This document shows positions 60,383 to 64,000 of a DNA stretch of 64,000 nucleotides, in pieces (the stretch's first letter is position 1; every line of letters starts with the position of its first letter). Made by a program: the position numbers and the translations under genes. A model generated the notes under the pieces. That model made no database searches. It had not been told where the DNA came from and saw only the letters and a list, made by a program, of their open reading frames with translations. This stretch comes from an uncultured Gemmatimonadales bacterium (GTDB lineage: Bacteria; Gemmatimonadota; Gemmatimonadetes; Longimicrobiales; Gaopeijiaceae). The stretch spans positions 608,001 to 672,000 of the forward strand of contig CAWGKG010000014.1 in the NCBI GenBank assembly GCA_963823035.1, written 5' to 3'.

Positions 60383-62060
60383 ATGAGCAGGCATCGACTC
60401 GTCGTCCTGGCGTTCCTCCTGGTCGGGTGCGGCACGGAGGGCCCGCGCGCCGCCACGCAGACGGCCGAGGGGGCGACCGGGCCCGCCGCGGTGGCCGTGA
60501 GTCCGTGGAACAGCGCCACGGTCTACTTCCTCCTCACCGACCGCTTCCAGAACGGGGACACGACCAACGACCACGCCCTGGGCCGCCAGCGCGACGGAGC
60601 GCCGCTCCGCAGCTTCCTGGGGGGCGACCTGGCCGGGGTACGCCAGAGGCTCGACGCGGGCTACTTCGACAGCCTGGGCGTCGACATGCTGTGGATGACG
60701 CCCGTCGTGGAGCAGATCCGCGGAAGCGTGGACGAGGGAACGGGCAAGAGCTACGGCTTCCATGGCTACTGGACGCGGGACTGGACCCGGGTCGATCCGA
60801 TCTTCGGCACGGAGGAGGAGCTGAGGTCGCTGGTCGCGGATGCGCACGCCCGCGGCATCCGCGTCATCATGGACGCCGTGCTCAACCACACCGGGCCGGT
60901 GACCCCACAGGACCCGCAATGGCCGGACGACTGGGTCCGGACCACGCCGCGGTGCACCTACCGGGACTACGTGACCACGGTGGACTGCACGCTGGTGGCC
61001 AACCTCCCCGACGTGCGCACCGACAGCGATCGAGCCCGTGGCGCTGCCGGCCTGGCTCCTGGACAAGTGGGCCGCCGAGGGCCGTCTGGACCAGGAGACG
61101 GCCGAGCTGGACGCCTGGTTCGAGCGCACGGGCCATCCCCGCGCCCCCCGCTTCTACATCATCAAGTGGCTGACCGACTGGGTGAGGGAGGTCGGGTTCG
61201 ACGGCTACCGCGTCGACACCGCCAAGCACTTCGAGGAATCGGCGAGCGACGAACTGCGGGCGGAGGCGAACGCGGCCTTCGCGGACTGGAAGGCCGCCCA
61301 CCCGGACGAGGTTCTCGACGATCGTCCCTTCTACATGGTCGGCGAGGTCTACAACTACACGCCGGCCGGCGGGCGCGGCTTCGACTTCGGGGACGAGAGG
61401 GTCGACTACTTCGACCACGGGTACGACGCGCTGATCAACTTCGGATTCAAGTCCGACGCCCGGGAATCGATCGAGGAGCTCTTCTCGTCCTACGCGACCG
61501 CCCTGGCCGGCGACCTGCGCGGCGTCTCGGTGCTCAACTACGTCAGCTCGCACGACGACGGCGCCCCGTACGATCCCGAGCGGCACGACCCCGAGGGCGC
61601 GGGCACGCGGCTTCTGCTGTCGCCCGGCACGGCCCAGATCTACTACGGGGACGAGGTCGCGCGGCCGCTCCGGATACCGGGCGCGGAAGGGGATGCGAAC
61701 CTGCGCTCGCCGATGGACTGGAGCGTGGTGGCCGCACAGGCGTCCGCCGTCGGCTCGACGCTGGAGCACTGGCGAAAGCTGGGACGATTCCGCAGGGCGC
61801 ACCCCGCCGTCGGCGCCGGAGCGCACCGGCGCATCCAGGCCGACCCCTACGTCTTCGCCCGAACGGATGTGGACGGTTCGGATCGGGTGGTCGTGGCGCT
61901 CGACCAGGCCGCCGGGGAGAAGACCGTGCCAGTGGGCGGCGTGTTCGCCGACGGAACCGTCCTCGTGGACGCGTACTCGGGCGTCGAAACGACGGTGAGC
62001 GACGACCGAGTGACGCTGGTCACGCCCTTCGGCACGGTCCTGCTCGAGCGGCGCCAGTAG
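60383..62060 (+). CDS. GH13 alpha-amylase lipoprotein (frameshift near 61035)
   Basis: Lipobox LVGC; YFLLTDRF.NGD, GGDLAG, HGYW, DAVLNH, GYRVDTAKH, GEVY, SSHD, YYGDE. Confidence 0.92.
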
Positions 62061-62212
62061 CTCTCGTCCGGGGGGCGCGCGCATCCTATACGCCTTTCTT
62101 GCTCCCCGGGTCACCGGCGGAATACATTGCTGCCGATGATCGGAGGAACGGCTGCCGCCCCCCCGCAGCCGATCACACCAGGATCGACCGTGCGATCACC
62201 GGGAGGTGGATC

Positions 62213-62764
62213 ATGCCCGAACCTTCCCCGCTCCGCTTCCCCAGGCGATGCCTGCTCGCCGCCACCCTCGTCGTCCTGGCCGCGACGCCCTGCGCGACGC
62301 GGGCTCAGGGCATTCCCGCGCCCGGCATCGACACCCTCTTCGCCCGGGCCGCCGACGAGGTGATCGACGCCCTGGCGTCGGCGCTGTCCCTGGGCGACCT
62401 GATGGCGGGGGCCTCCCCCACGTCGATCGTGGCCGCCATGCAGGACGCGATGGAGCGTCTCCAGACCGGGGTCGTGCGCACGGCGTCGCAGGCCGTGGAC
62501 TCCGCCGGTCTGGCCCGCCTCGTCACGCCCCCTGCGGCCCGCTTCATCGGGCCGCAGGGAGGGCGCTACGTCCTCGACGTGATCGTGACCGAGGTCACGG
62601 CCGGCGAAACGCGCGTGCGGGTCGCGCCCTTGCTCATCGCGATGGTCCCGAACTCCGACTCGCCCCTGGGAGGCAGGCCGCTGCCGTCCAGCGGAACGGT
62701 CGAGCGGCAGACGCTCGCCACCATCGCGTCGGCCCTGCCCTCCAACCGGGAGGACCAGCAATGA
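62213..62764 (+). CDS. exported hypothetical protein (183 aa)
   Basis: RBS GGGAGG, signal peptide, ATGA overlap with the next gene. Confidence 0.65.
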   Translation: MPEPSPLRFPRRCLLAATLVVLAATPCATRAQGIPAPGIDTLFARAADEVIDALASALSLGDLMAGASPTSIVAAMQDAMERLQTGVVRTASQAVDSAGLARLVTPPAARFIGPQGGRYVLDVIVTEVTAGETRVRVAPLLIAMVPNSDSPLGGRPLPSSGTVERQTLATIASALPSNREDQQ

Positions 62765-64000
62765 GCGCCCGCATCCGCTTCGTCGCCCTCTCCGTGGGTA
62801 TCGCCGCCTCGAGCGTGGGTTGCGCGTCGTCGAACCCACGCGGCCTGCTCGTGAACGCCCCGTCGCTGGACGCCGGAGACGTGACCACGCAGAGCGAGTC
62901 GTCCGTCGCGCGGTCCGGCTCCGTGATGGTCGTCGGATACAACGACTCGGGTGGGTTCTCGGCGACGGGGAGCTTCACGGGGTACGCGTATTCCCAGGAC
63001 GGAGGCGCGTCCTTCACCGACGGCGGCGTGCTCGCTCCGGTCCCCGGCGGCAACAACATCGGTGACCCCTCGGTGGTGGCCTGGAACGGGGTCTTCTTCT
63101 TCGCGACGCTCGCGACGGACGCCGCCGGTACGTCGTTCATCGGCGTGTCGCGCTCGCTCTCGATCTCGCCGGCGGTGACGTTCTCCGCGCCCGTCCTCAT
63201 CCCCGGGCAGGATCCGGGCGGCTTCCAGGACAAGGAGCTCATCGCGGTCGACACGACGGGCGGGCCGTTCGATGGGAACGTCTACGTCGTGTGGACCGAG
63301 TTCACGACCGCGGGCGGAACACGCATCCTGTTCTCCCGCTTCACGAACGGGGGAACGACGTACACGCCCCCGACGCAGATCTCCTCCGCCAGCTCGGGCG
63401 TCAGCGGCGCGACTCCTTTCGTCGGACCGAACGGCCGACTCCACGTCGCCTGGGAGGACCGGGCCAGCGGCCGGATCCGTTTCCGGTCCTCGACGGACGG
63501 CGGGACGACCTGGGGCACCGAGGTCACCGCCGCGACGCTGACGCCCATCCGCCATCCGGGCGCTTCGGCCACCTGCGGCCGGAATGCGGTGAACGGCAAC
63601 ATCCGCGTGAACGAGTTCCCGTCGATGGCGGTGGACATGAGCGCCGGCGCGACCCGGGGCAACGTCTACATCGCGTACGCGGGCGATCCCGACGGGAACC
63701 AGAGCTCCGGCGACGCCGCGGACGTCTTCGTCGTGCGGTCCACGGACGGCGGGGCCACCTGGAGCGCGGCGTCGTCGGTCCACGGCCCCGGCACGATCGG
63801 CGCGGACGGCACGACGCACGACAACTTCATGCCGAGCCTGGCGGTGGACGGCACGGGCACGGTGGGCGTGTCCTACTACGACCGTCGCGGCGACGCCGGC
63901 AACCTGCGCACGCAGCTTTACCAGGCGACCTCGACCGACGGAGGCATCACGTGGAGCAACGAGGCGGTCTCGGACGCGTTCGACATCCCGAGGCTCGCGC
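62761..64000 (+). CDS. BNR/Asp-box (sialidase-like beta-propeller) lipoprotein, truncated by window end
   Basis: Read manually (absent from the ORF track): MSARIRFVALSVGIAASSVGC, YSQDGGASF, DKELIAVD, SSTDGGTTW, RSTDGGATW, TSTDGGITW; frame open to 64000. Confidence 0.85.
   Translation, partial: MSARIRFVALSVGIAASSVGCASSNPRGLLVNAPSLDAGDVTTQSESSVARSGSVMVVGYNDSGGFSATGSFTGYAYSQDGGASFTDGGVLAPVPGGNNIGDPSVVAWNGVFFFATLATDAAGTSFIGVSRSLSISPAVTFSAPVLIPGQDPGGFQDKELIAVDTTGGPFDGNVYVVWTEFTTAGGTRILFSRFTNGGTTYTPPTQISSASSGVSGATPFVGPNGRLHVAWEDRASGRIRFRSSTDGGTTWGTEVTAATLTPIRHPGASATCGRNAVNGNIRVNEFPSMAVDMSAGATRGNVYIAYAGDPDGNQSSGDAADVFVVRSTDGGATWSAASSVHGPGTIGADGTTHDNFMPSLAVDGTGTVGVSYYDRRGDAGNLRTQLYQATSTDGGITWSNEAVSDAFDIPRLA

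Noticed and set aside
59150..62764. 1204-aa ORF
   Set aside because: Chimeric frame joining off-frame MFS sequence, the amylase N-terminus and the separate gene at 62213
1..64000. CRISPR arrays, tRNA/rRNA, transposases, integrases, prophage genes
   Set aside because: None seen by manual reading; a tool scan would be needed to exclude short RNAs fully

Overview
High-GC bacterial chromosomal window with about 46 protein-coding genes and no rRNA, tRNA, CRISPR array or mobile element that I can support. The gene content (PadR/ADOP-type ABC permeases, VPS10/BNR proteins, M14 and S10 peptidases, DUF5916, zf-HC2 anti-sigma factors) suggests a Gemmatimonadota/Acidobacteriota-like organism; this is an inference. 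At least ten otherwise intact genes are split by small indels, most likely long-read assembly errors. It contains two ECF sigma/anti-sigma operons, three orphan MacB-like permeases and one ABC ATPase, argJ, a maltodextrin cluster and a multi-PAS hybrid kinase. Most notable: (1) a stand-alone, very divergent SEDS (FtsW/RodA-like, 1156 aa) plus penicillin-binding transpeptidase pair at 47200-52985, outside any dcw/mre cluster; (2) an ECF-type promoter motif GAAAC-N17/18-CGTAGGG shared by this pair and two of the ABC permeases, suggesting an envelope-stress regulon; (3) a tightly coupled four-gene TPR-Zn / Zn-ribbon / SPFH-SHOCT / membrane-protein operon at 37013-41771; (4) a sigma54-like site and a structured leader upstream of a sulfocyanin-like lipoprotein.
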